NCBI RefSeq assembly: GCF_001194135.2
Contig: NC_068994.1
Location: 15,890,068 to 15,923,108, forward strand
From: Octopus bimaculoides
Taxonomy: Eukaryota
Reading direction: 5' to 3'
Length of the DNA: 33,041 nucleotides
The first letter of the stretch is position 1, and each line of letters begins with the position of its first letter. The position numbers and the translations under genes were made by a program. Shown here one piece after another: positions 10,162 to 21,040 of the stretch. A model generated the notes under the pieces. The model was not told the origin of the DNA and did not search any database. It saw only the letters and a program-made list of their open reading frames with translations.

Positions 10162-10700
10162 AACAACAGGGTGGCCATCACCCACGCGGCATCAACCTCC
10201 GGTGGTACCTCTGTCACCCTGACACGGGACCTACGTTGCCCCATATAAGTTGGCAGAAGCATCACTTGTTTTGTATTCAACGGGCTGACAGAGTGCTCGC
10301 GGGCTATCTCTGTTGTTCTGAGTCTGGATTCTATTGTGCCAAATTTCCTTCCTCGTGTTATTTTGCTAATATCTTTCCATTTGGGTGCCAGGCATTTTTC
10401 AATTTTATTCTGTTCCATATGTTTCATTTTTTTTCCTTCTGGGCAGAACGATTTGAATATAATTGTTTTTTTTTTATCTCTTCTGCTGTGTTGGTGGGAG
10501 ATGATATTTTTACTTCACCCTTCTCCTCTGTCATTCTTTTAAACATTTCATGGAATTCCCCCAATGAGATGTCCAAACTTTCCATTTGTACGGCGGCGAG
10601 TGCAGCAAAGCTTTGGTGACTTGTTTTGGAGGCTGGTTAGCCTCCAAAGTTCCACACTCTTCGAGAGAGCATTCTTCTCTTATTATCTCCACAGACATTT
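10162..10700 (-). mobile_element. Probable LINE ORF1 (L1/Tx1-like) pseudogene fragment
   Basis: ORF 10427->10074 reads IEKCLAPKWKDISKITRGRKFGTIESRLRTTEIAREHSVSPLNTKQVMLLPTYMGQRRSRVRVTEVPPEV. It is a non-repetitive, basic sequence resembling LINE ORF1 RRM-type regions (GRK(F/Y)GT.E.RF...A; LLPTY.GRR..RV...VPPE). Assignment is from memory only. Confidence 0.45.
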
Positions 10701-10778
10701 CGGTTGAGAATAATTAGCAGAAAACACACGAACAAAAATAGAAACAAGATTTTTTTTTTGGCAATCAATAAGTTCAAA

Positions 10779-11084
10779 GTGCAAGTGGCTGAGCACTCCA
10801 CAGACACGTGTACCCTAAACGTAGTTCTCGGGGATATTCAGCGTGACACAGTGTGACAAGGCTGACCCTTTGAAATACAGGTACAACAGAAACAGGAAGA
10901 AAGAGTGAGAGAAAGTTGTGGTGAAAGAGTACAGCAGGGTTCGCCACCATCCCCTGCCGGAGCCTTGTGGAGCTTTTAGGTGTTTTCGCTCAATAAACAC
11001 TCACAACACCCGGTCTGGGAATCGAAACCGCGATCCTATCAGCTCGAGTCCACTGCCCTAACCACTGAGCCATTGCGCCTCCAC
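10779..11084 (-). mobile_element. SINE family A copy lacking its 3' ~75 bp
   Basis: GTGCAAGTGGCTGAGCACTCC...CCATTGCGCCTCCAC aligns to the other family A copies. Confidence 0.95.
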
Positions 11085-11480
11085 ACAGAATGCATATAGT
11101 AAACAAAAACAAAACAGAATTTATGAACAAATTCTCCTGTTTTTTCTTTGCCTTACACTCCACCATGCCTATATACACATTGAAAAATTTTCGTCTCCCA
11201 TACTCTCTGACCTTAAAAATATTTCTCCACAATTCAGAGCTCTCTAAGATACATTTTATTGCATCATGAGCCATCACACAAGAGAACTGTGTTGTTCAAA
11301 CGTCTGTTTAAAATGTGCTTTAGGTAATTCGAGAGCAAGATGCCTCCACACAAGCCTTATATTTTGGCCTTAGGGTCCATAATAGCAATTGTAAAATCTT
11401 ACTTCAAGATTCAATATCTGCTCGAGGGGCGAAGAACTCATTTAAAATGGTTTGATGTTTACTGTGTATCATCTCTTTGT

Positions 11481-11854
11481 GTGGAGGCGCAATGGCACAG
11501 TGGTTAGGGGAGCGGACTCGTGGTCATAGAATTGCAGTTTCGATTCCCAGACCGGGCATTGTGAGTGTTTATTGAGCGAAGACACCTAAGGCTCCACGAG
11601 GCTCCGGCAGGGGATGGTGGCGAACCCTGCTGTACTCTTTCACCACAACTTTCTCTCACTCTTACTTCCTGTTTCTGTTGTGCCTGTAATTCAAAGGGTC
11701 AGCCTTGTCACGCTGAATATCCCCGAGAACTACGTTAAGGGTAGACGTGTCTGTGGAGTGCTCAAACACTTGCACGTTAATTTCACGAGCAGGCAGTTCC
11801 GTTGATCGGATCAACTGGGACCCTCGACGTCGTAAGCGACGGAGTGCCAACAAC
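11481..11854 (+). mobile_element. Full-length SINE family A with 14-bp TSD
   Basis: A-box TGGCACAGTGG at 11493-11503, B-box GTTTCGATTCC at 11537-11547, tail GGAGTGCCAACAAC. TSD TATCATCTCTTTGT at 11467-11480 and 11855-11868. Has a 10-bp internal deletion between TGTCAC direct repeats. Confidence 0.97.
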
Positions 11855-12363
11855 TATCATCTCTTTGTATAGATTCGTTAGAAACTGAAATCACAAACGT
11901 GTGCGCGCACACACACACGCACATATTCAGGCGCATACATATAATAATATACATATATAGATATACACACACACATGATGGCACGTACATGCATACACAC
12001 AATTACTCACGTATATACATATACACATTACTACAATAAAAACTAAAGATCACTGAGATATCAAGTACTTGTCACATTAAAGAATTTCATTATTTATTTT
12101 GCTCATAAATTTATTTTAATTGTCAAACCAATAATGTTTATATTAGACGATTATGCGAAGGGGGAAAAAAAGGCCAACTTCAATAAGCATAAATCAGTTG
12201 TAATAAGTAAGTAAGCCAAATATAATTTATGCGTAGAAGCAATTAACAACTGTATCAGAGGAAGATACAATATATTGTAATATATGATTTCTAAAGTTCC
12301 TGGCCGTGTGCCAGTGTTAAAAAGTAACCCGTATATTTATTGAATCGAACCAACAACGATGGA

Positions 12364-12660
12364 CTATACACAGACACACACACACGCACAGACACACACA
12401 CACACACAGACACACACACACACGCACAGACACACACACGCACAGACACAGACACACGCACAGACACAGACACACGCACNNNNNNNNNNNNNNNNNNNNN
12501 NNNNNNNNNNNNNNNNNNNNNNNNNNNNNNNNNNNNNNNNNNNNNNNNNNNNNNNNNNNNNNNNNNNNNNNNNNNNNNNATATATATATATACATATATA
12601 TATGTGTGTGTGTGTGTGCGTGTGCGTGCGCGCGCGCGTGTGTGCGTGTGTGCGTGTGTG
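12364..12660. repeat. Compound (CA/CAGA)n - gap - (TA)n/(TG)n microsatellite
   Basis: Read directly; N-gap at 12480-12579. Confidence 0.9.
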
Positions 12661-12664
12661 TATG

Positions 12665-12840
12665 TGTCCACCGTCGCAACCAGTATTGGTATGTTTATGT
12701 AACTTTGTAGTTCGGCCAAAGAGATCGATAGAATAAGTACTAAGTTTTAAAAAAAATAAGTCCCGGGGTCGATAGTTTCGGCTAAAATCCTTCCAGGCGG
12801 TGCTCCAGCATGGCTGCAGTCTAATCAAGTAAAAGAAAAG
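12665..12840 (+). mobile_element. CORE-like SINE (family B), 3' half
   Basis: CAACCAGTATTGGTATGTTTATG...GATAGAATAAGTACT...GGGGTCGAT...AGGCGGTGCTCCAGCATGGCTGCAGTC...AAGTAAAAGA matches 31990-32160. Confidence 0.85.
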
Positions 12841-13963
12841 ATGTATGTACCTGAGCGCGCGTGCGTGTGTATGTGTGTGTGTTTGTGCACGCATGTTTAT
12901 GTATGTTGATGTATATATTGATGTATATATTGCCGCTATTGATAGCCCGCAAATATTTTCATGATATGCTGAATCTATTCCATAAGAAGTCGATTGTACG
13001 ATATTTAAAAGAGGACAATATATTTTACGAATCCCAAGCGAAAGACAATTGTACAACCTTCTACGTTAAAATACACACTAAAAACCAGATTGTGTATAAG
13101 TTACAACTTGTGGTACATAACAACAAAAGCAGAGGATGCCAACTCCATTGTTATAACTAATTGTTAATATATTTCTGTGCTGTCATTGTGCCAATAGTTT
13201 GTCGGTCATGATCGTATTATTATCATTGTTGTTGTATAATGGTCGATAGTATTTCTTACCTACCCTTCATCTAAATATTGCTGTCCTTGTACTAAATCAG
13301 AAATCATTATCATTGATGTTAAGACACCAGATTGACAGTTTATCCCCATTTCAGCACCCTTGTTCAGCAGGCCATTGATTAAAGATGCTTCAGTTATAAT
13401 TACTTTGACTTATTTCTAGACAAAGTTTATCAACGAATACATTATGCAGTATTTCGTTATTTTTCTAAGGACAGCAGAATGTGAATTGAGGAAGATTTGG
13501 TAACTATTTCTTCCCGGATAACTGACGACGGAACGGCATCTTTGTTCTGCTGTTTTGTTAATTGAAAGGTAAAATTGAGAAATTGCGTAGCGAAGTTAAA
13601 AAAAAAAAAAAACAGAGAGAGAAAAACCGGTGAAATCTTGTAACATTTTGTTACATAAGACTTTCTCTAAATCCCACCTTATTTAGTTAAAACATGTAAA
13701 AGAACAATATATAACAATGTAGGGGTTACTTTTTCCTAGTAAATCTTTTATTAGAGGTGGGATGCCTTGCTATGTTAAGCATTAGTATACATATGATATC
13801 CATATATATGTAGCTTAACTTTTCTTTATAAACGCTAATTAANNNNNNNNNNNNNNNNNNNNNNNNNNNNNNNNNNNNNNNNNNNNNNNNNNNNNNNNNN
13901 NNNNNNNNNNNNNNNNNNNNNNNNNNNNNNNNNNNNNNNNNNNNNNNNNNNNNNNNNNNNNNN

Positions 13964-14033
<70 letters not shown>

Positions 14034-14048
14034 TGTATGTATGTGTGT
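13964..14048. repeat. (TA)n(TATG)n microsatellite
   Basis: Read directly, next to N-gap 13843-13963. Confidence 0.9.
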
Positions 14049-14067
14049 ATTGATTCTACCAGATCCG

Positions 14068-14185
14068 TAGTCGATAAAAAAATAGTCCCAATCAACAAAT
14101 ACAGGGGTCGATTGAATCGATGAAACACCCGTAAGGAATATGTCCCAGTGTGGCTTCACTGGAACCAGGAAAGGAAAAGAGTAAC
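14068..14185 (+). mobile_element. Old SINE 3' half (family B/C tail)
   Basis: GTCGATAAAAAAATAGTCCC...GGGGTCGATTGAATCGAT...CCCAGTGTGGC...GAAAGGAAAAGAG; diverged match. Confidence 0.5.
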
Positions 14186-15159
14186 TGAAAAAATTGCAAT
14201 GATTCCATATTTTCTACTGATTTTAAACAGAAACTTATTTGGTCAGCAATACCTCGAGAAGTAACAAAAACGTACTAAATATTTCCTCTCTGACAACTAA
14301 GACAAGCAGGCGACATAATATTTTCGTACTTTTCACAATCGCTAATTGAAATTCTTGGAATTTACAAATCAATATGTGATAATCTTGATTACTTTGTTGA
14401 TTAAAGATGTTCCGATCCTGGTGCACACTAATCTATTTTCTGTTCACTTCGTAGATTAAAACATTACCGGATCTAATAGTAAATGAAACAAAGTGTAGAT
14501 ATCCTCACAGAGTAAACTGCTTGCCATTGAAACAGGGAAATAAACGTGAGGTTTACTATGGAAAGGTTATGGTGAGAGATATGTCATAGTTTCTGTTTAC
14601 AAGTAAATCTGGGATGTCAAATATAAAGCATAAAAGGGTAAAGGCGAGATCCCAAGATGTAAAGTATAAATCAAACAAAAGAAAGGAAAATAAATAACTG
14701 TCGAATGAAAATTAAGAAAAGAAATAGGTGAAAGAGAATCGTAAACGTTCTGTTACTTTGCTTCACGAACGCGGAAATTAATTATTGTCTCAACAAGGTA
14801 CACCCACAGATATGGTATGTTCGACAATCCAGCATTGGATTCGAGAGAAACCTGACCGTCAAGCAAGGAAAGCATTAAATTCATTCATATGAATAGTTAA
14901 CACCAATTTAAAGGTTAGGAAAAGTCAGTTAGAATATAACCTGTGTATACAGGCGAAATCTACCTCTGCATTTGAATTATTTGCTATGGTCTGAAAATCA
15001 TGATATCAATTAATGCATAAACACGAATTTTCTCGGGGTATTCAATAACTCTTGATATCATATATTTTTCGGGAGACAGCAATAACAACCACGACGGCAA
15101 CAGCAACAGAAAAATGATATTTTTAATAACGTTTTCTAGCTTAGGCATACGTTTTGGAA

Positions 15160-15290
15160 AAAGGGCGAAAGGTAAGGTTGACCTTGGTGAGATTTCAACC
15201 CAGAGAGTAAAGAGCTGAAAAAAATACTACCAGGTATTTTGTTCGACACTCTAATAATCTTGCCGACCCGGCACCTTCCAGTGCTCTTCA
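15160..15290 (-). mobile_element. Family C SINE 5' half
   Basis: GCGAAAGGTAAGGTTGACCTTGGTGAGATTTCAACCCAGAGAGTAAAGAGCTG...CGACACTCTAATAATCTTGCC matches the module at 1166-1268. Confidence 0.6.
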
Positions 15291-15515
15291 TAATGATAAT
15301 ATATTTTTCTTTATTAGCCTCAAGTGCTCGAAGTGATGCAAGGAAATACCATGTAATTTGAACCGGTGACTTACAAATACGTTTAGACCGATGCAGGCAA
15401 GTTATAATGTAACGACATGGCATGGTAGACGTTATATAACAAAAAAATTCATTGTATAGAAAATCTATGAAAAAAAGACAAATAATTTCCTGAAGTAAAA
15501 ATGGTATAGTTAAAT

Positions 15516-15899
15516 GTTGTTGGCACTCCGACGCTTACGACGTCGAGGGTCCCAGTTGATCTGATCAACGGAACAGCCTGCTCGTGAAATTAATATGCAA
15601 GTGGCTGAGCACTCCACAGGCACGTGTACCCTTAACGTAGTTTTCGGGAATATTCAGCGTGATACAGTGTGACAAGGCTGACCCTTTGAATTACAGGCAC
15701 AATAGAAACAGGAAGTAAGAGTGAGAGAAAGTTGTGGTGAAAGAGCACAGCAGGGTTCGCCACCATCCCCTGCCGGAGCCTCGTGGAGCTTTAGGTGTTT
15801 TCGCTCAATAAACACTCACAACGCCCGGTCTGGGAATCGAAACCACGATCCTATGATCGCGAGTCCGCTGCCCTAACCATTGGACCATTGCGCCTCCAC
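15516..15899 (-). mobile_element. Full-length SINE family A with 12-bp TSD
   Basis: GTTGTTGGCACTCC...CCATTGCGCCTCCAC, flanked by GTATAGTTAAAT at 15504-15515 and 15900-15911. Confidence 0.97.
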
Positions 15900-16244
15900 G
15901 TATAGTTAAATACGCAATAATTAAAGCAAGATACGTCGCGGGTTTTAAAATAAGCGCCAGCAGCATAACGCCTGGGTCATTTGCCTTGCTCCGTCAATCT
16001 AATCATTTTAGTTCCTGCAACTATAACGACGCAGGGCTCCGGAATGGTTCTGTAATCTTAAGATGTTTTAAAAATTTGGAAGTCGATACTAATTTCTCCT
16101 GACCAAATATCATTGTTCGTGATATTTGCACTTAACACTCACCCATAGTACCTCACAAACGTTAAAACATGCCAGGGATCGAAATAACTACCAATGACTC
16201 CTAACCGCTTATGCTCACATTTATTTTGCGTTGGCTCATATATA

Positions 16245-16512
16245 GGTGCATGCATGGCTGTGTGGTTAAGAAGCTTACTTTACAACCACGTGATTTCGTT
16301 TTCAGCCCCAGTGCACGGCATATTGAGTGTCTTCAAATATAGCTCTGAAAGGATCGCTGTCTTTTGAGTGAATGCGGTAGACGGAAACTGCGTGGAAGCC
16401 TGTTGTGTGTGCGTGTGTATGTGTGTTTGTGTTTGTGTTTGTGCATCTTCGTGTTTAGTTTGTTTATGTCCCCGTAATATAGCGGCTCAGCAAAAAATAA
16501 CTGATAAACTAT
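16245..16512 (+). mobile_element. Diverged CORE-like SINE (family B) with internal (TG)n
   Basis: TGGCTGTGTGGTTAAGAAGCTT...GGTAGACGGAAACTGCGTGGAAGCC-(TG)n-GTTTATGTCCCCGTAATATAGCGG. Confidence 0.75.
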
Positions 16513-16625
16513 CACATCTCCTTAAAGCTTGCTAAATTACTCCTTTGAAATTATACTGAATCTTGCTCTAAATTTGATTAGGATTTGATATGTGAGCTTT
16601 CTCTTTGTCCACTTTCGAATAAATT

Positions 16626-16634
16626 CGTGGAGCA

Positions 16635-16693
<59 letters not shown>
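16626..16693. repeat. (GA)n microsatellite
   Basis: Read directly. Confidence 0.95.
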
Positions 16694-16697
<4 letters not shown>

Positions 16698-16856
16698 ATT
16701 AGTATAGTACTGCCATAATTCCTTCTGAACCTGGTTCCTATACGCATTTCTACATTCTTTCTTTGAAGTAATATAAGTACAAGTACTTTTCCCACAAATG
16801 TTTTCACTGTATGTATGTATGTATGTATGTATGTATGTATGTATGTATGTATGTAT

Positions 16857-17170
16857 GAAGGCGCGTGGCTTAGTGGTTAGGGGATTCAGCTCACAGTATT
16901 ACAATCGTGAGTCAGATTCCCGGGAATGAATTAAGCAAGGTACTTTGTTTCCCATTGCTTCAGTCTACGTGGCTGGCATAATGAGTTTTACCTGTAATTC
17001 AAAGCTGCCAGTCTTGTCTCATTCTGTGTCTCGCTGATTCTCCTTGAGAACTATGTGAAGGGTACACGTGTCTGTGGAGTACTCAGCCACTTGCACGTTA
17101 ATTTCACGAGCAGGCTGTTCCGTTCATCTGATCATCTGGAAAACTCGTCGTCGTAACCGACGGAGAGCCA
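16857..17170 (+). mobile_element. SINE family A' (different central domain, family-A 3' module), embedded in (TATG)n
   Basis: Head GAAGGCGCGTGGCTTAGTGGTTAGGG. The centre GCAAGGTACTTTGTTTCCCATTGCTTCAGTCTAC is unlike family A. From CCTGTAATTCAAAG to GTCGTAACCGACGGAGAGCCA it aligns to the family A 3' half. (TATG)n lies at 16808-16856 and 17179-17218. Confidence 0.85.
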
Positions 17171-17177
17171 GGCCTTT

Positions 17178-17209
<32 letters not shown>

Positions 17210-17748
17210 TGTATGCATGTAAGAATCTCGCTTTGCAAGCACGAAGTTCTTTATTTTATAAACCCCAGAAGAAGTCTATAAAATAAAATACCAGTCAAGT
17301 GCCTCAGTAATGTTATATGCAGCGGTACTCCAGCACTCAAATTTTATGGCTTTATGTCGACCTTAGAAACATTAGCTGCTGAATTGACATAGTCATTAGA
17401 GTGTCGGATAGAGCACTTTTGTGGATGTTTGTTTCGGTACTCTGTTCCACAAATCCAAAACCTGCTTCAGTTAAGGATGTCTTACATCTTTCGGAAGCCG
17501 ATGAAGAACATGATCATCTTCTTATTTAACCGGAATGAATTTGCGTATCAGTATTAACATATTTTTCATCAATGCTGTCAAGGACAAGAATATTAAAAAA
17601 AGGCAAATAATGATCTCCAAATAAGAATTGTTTGTTGACAACAAAAGCAATAACAAAACATTAACAACATCAACAACTGCTTCAATGAACAATGATTACA
17701 ATATCAATTAAAAACAATGATATAATGCCAAAACTAATATCACCTACC

Positions 17749-17781
<33 letters not shown>

Positions 17782-18019
17782 TGTCGTTATTTTTCACCAT
17801 GAATTAAATGTTGGAAGTGAGACAAACCAGTTGAAAGGGAAATAATGAAGCAACAATAACAAGCATTAAAGACACACTCAGTACTAGAAATGTCAAAAGC
17901 AACAAGAAGAATATCAGAAACAACACGTGCTAATACTAGAACAACCCACGAAACCTTCCCCTCCACTGAATCGAAAAATTTGATCCTCTTTTGGTTCCAC
18001 TTTCAAATATCCTGCCACG

Positions 18020-19010
18020 TAACATTTCGCTTCATCACCTGGACGAACGTAATCTAGACACCATTGTTTTCTCATTGTCAGTATTCTGTTTTACTTGCCA
18101 TTCTTTTAAAACACACATTTTCTTGTACCAGTTTCATATCGGGTTGCTATGAGATCGCAAATCCAGCCATGTCATGTGTCAAACACTGCAGAAGGACTTT
18201 TTGTTTCAGCTGCAAGTCTGCATATCGCCCTCATCGATTGCTTTCCACTTCCTCGTGGTCCTCACTTGGATCTATCTCTGCACAAGATACTATGCTACTG
18301 CTGAATTGGATGCGCTGAAGGTGTTCTTGAGCGTGTCAACATGAATTCCTCTCTGACAGCGTGAAACAGTAACCTAAGCTTCTTGTTCTCCTATGGTCCA
18401 AAGCTGCTTAAGCTGCAGGGAAAACTCAGCCATCTAGAGATGGTAGCTCACCTTGCGCTCAAAACCCTCCACTGTAGCTACATGAACTTCATGACATTTA
18501 GACCTTTCCGAGATCTTCAATAATTTTCTCGTGACAGACAAGATCTGGTTTTCTTCAGTTTGAAGCAGAACTTGTCGGTCACTCTTCTCTCTTGAGGACT
18601 CAAAGCCTGGACGTTGCGGATTTCAGACTTACGAACACTCTTAAAATAAACTTCCCCAGCTCCTAGAGGGTCTTTCTGGCTCCAAACACTGTTGTTGTTT
18701 TCACCGTTAAATCGTCCATGAAGCCTCAGTTAGGTGATTGCCTCACTTCTGATTTGCCGAGACATTCTTTCTCTACCGACAGATTTCAACTGGTCACAGG
18801 AGACCCTCAAACTGAACTTTCTGCAACAGTCTCAAATGAAGTCTGTTACTCTCTGGGGTACCTCGTCTGTCTTGTTGGAGTATCGAGCTTTAGACGTTTG
18901 TTACATCTAACTCCAGGATAGCCAGATCCTTTCTTCTGTTTCTTTCTTGATGAGCTGGGCCCCCATGCCAATGTCTTTAGTACAACCAGGGTTTTCCGTT
19001 TACCTGTCTT
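18020..19010 (-). mobile_element. Decayed Hero-clade (R2 superfamily, RLE-type) non-LTR retrotransposon, RT and post-RT fragment
   Basis: Minus-strand pieces: VPQRVTDFI*DCCRKFSLRVS; ECLGKSEVRQSPN*GFMDDLTVKTTTVFGARKTL*ELGK (FMDD at about 18708-18722); ATVEGFERKVSYHL.RWL.FPCSLSS; EEFMLTRSR; IQVRTTRKWKA. These match in order the Hero ORF pattern SG.RQPPIRAFMDDLTVTT...STVEGFER.VS..LRRWLGLP.SLSS...EEF..TR...VRTGRKW.A. Many stops and deletions. Confidence 0.8.
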
Positions 19011-19204
19011 CTATGCCGACGTGTCGAAGTAATTAATTATTACTCAGCAAAAAGTGAGTTTTTAGGACAGAATGGCAAAAAAAAATTTGCAATGCTCGCT
19101 GAGCAAAAACATATCTCAAAGTTGTTCTATGTTCTCGGATCCATCCTATTTGGGCATTTTTGCTTTTAATGTTCGATCATTCGATTTGACTACACAAATA
19201 CATG

Positions 19205-19209
19205 CATAC

Positions 19210-19251
<42 letters not shown>

Positions 19252-19312
19252 ATACATACATACATACATACATACATACATACATACATACATACATACA
19301 TACATACGTATT
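19205..19312. repeat. (CA)n(CATA)n microsatellite
   Basis: Read directly. Confidence 0.95.
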
Positions 19313-19489
19313 TATGTATGTATCCCTTCAGTATATCTTCATGGCTACACTCTCCTCTCCAGATCACCTTCAAGGTTCTCCGATGCTCATGAACTAGATT
19401 CGCTAAATCCTTATGCCCAGAGGCCTCTCAAATTTATGGACCCAATTCTAATCTATGTAGGCTGTAACTTGTTCTTGATAAATAAATAC

Positions 19490-19545
19490 TACAGGCCCCA
19501 GGGCATCGATTTGCTCGGGGGGCCTATAATGCTACTAAGACGGCC
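19490..19545 (-). mobile_element. Possible DNA-transposon/MITE terminus
   Basis: The reverse complement GGCCGTCTTAGTAGCATTATAGGCCCCCGAGCAAA...CTGGGGCCTG is a GC-rich island resembling CAGGGCCGTC-type termini of non-autonomous DNA transposons. No partner TIR found. Confidence 0.35.
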
Positions 19546-19659
19546 GCATTCTTATGAACCTTTTAATGCACTTAGAGTTCGCTTTGCTTACCATTTTTTC
19601 ACATTTTCCTCAGGCATACAAAAGGACCACTCTTACCACTCCAACTATCACATATGCCA

Positions 19660-20510
19660 ATAAAATTTCTACTGTTGCCACGACTACAACTATAGTTGCC
19701 ACATAGTTACCACTACAACTACCGACGCAACAACCACGACCACCATCACTGCTTCAACAACCAGATGAACATCAACAGCTACAAACAACTACCAGAACTA
19801 CAACCGAAACCATCCCTAGAACCACTATAGCAATCGCAAACAGCACATTAGTTATAATCATCACCACAAGGACAGTTTTATTGAAAAGGAAATTATTGCA
19901 TGCGCCAACAAACACATAACAAATAGCAACAGTAATATGAACACACACACACACACACACACACTTACACGCAAATACATTTAACTACCGCACACACATA
20001 AATATATATAACAATCACACAAATTTCACGCACACAAGCGAACGTAACGCACACACATATGTAGGAGTACATATAAACGCATTTAATTCACCACTTCCCG
20101 CGCACGAATAACAAACAGAAAACACACTAACAGCAAAACAGAAATCACTGCATGCATCAACAACCACATAATGAAAATTAAGAGTAACAGGAACACATGT
20201 ACACAACAAGTACACAACAAAGAAAGAAGGAAACAAAACAAAACAAAACAAAAACATACAATTAAAAGAATTTGCAAACAAGTTGAGTGACTGAAGCAAA
20301 AAAACAAAACAACAAAAAAAAAACCCCAAAAAAATCACAGTAGCATTAGATGTTATTACAATAGCAACAACAACAACAACAACAACAACAACAGCAACAA
20401 CGCATAACAATAACAATAGGAGCAATAAAAGAAAAACAAATAACTGCTAGAGTTAAAATAAAAACGGAAACAAAAAGCAGTAATGACGACAAGAAGACCA
20501 ACAACAACAA
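19660..20510. repeat. Long degenerate CAA/CA-rich low-complexity region
   Basis: G-poor plus strand with CAA, CAC and CAAAA motifs. Confidence 0.8.
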
Positions 20511-20593
20511 TAATGAATGTGATGTTCTGCTTCAGTATTTCATTTAAAAACAGAGAAGGAAGAAAGCAACAGAGAAATAGGGGGTGGACAGAT

Positions 20594-20646
20594 ATTATTA
20601 TTATTATCATTATTATTATTATTGTTATTATTATTATTATTATTAT

Positions 20647-20699
<53 letters not shown>

Positions 20700-20700
20700 T
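20594..20700. repeat. Compound (ATT)n-(AGT)n triplet microsatellite
   Basis: Read directly. Confidence 0.95.
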
Positions 20701-21040
20701 TTGTAGAGATCACTAATTATAATTATCATTAGTTTGAAATGAGTCTATTTCAAATCACTCATCTGCTTGAAAGAGAAAAAGAAAATGTAATAATTACGCT
20801 AGTGTTAGCAAATTTAATGTAGTTAACATTAAAAAGCTAATTAGAAACTATTATATAGAGACAAAAAAAAAGAAGAAAAAAACAGTATTAGCAACTAAAA
20901 GTATTTTAAATATTTTGAGGAGTATGAGAGATAAATTTACAAATGTTCCAGCCTTATAAAGACCTCATCGGCCTTATTAAGATTTTACGTCGCAACCAAG
21001 GTCATAAGTGGGCGGCCTCACAAGGTCATAAGTGGGCGGC

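Noticed and set aside
11481-11560. tRNA gene (Arg-like) at SINE heads
   Set aside because: A and B boxes are present but there is no complete cloverleaf acceptor stem, and the heads are embedded in multicopy TSD-flanked SINEs.
13300-13530. Possible additional old interspersed repeat
   Set aside because: Looks repeat-like, but there is no second copy in the window and no motif I can verify.
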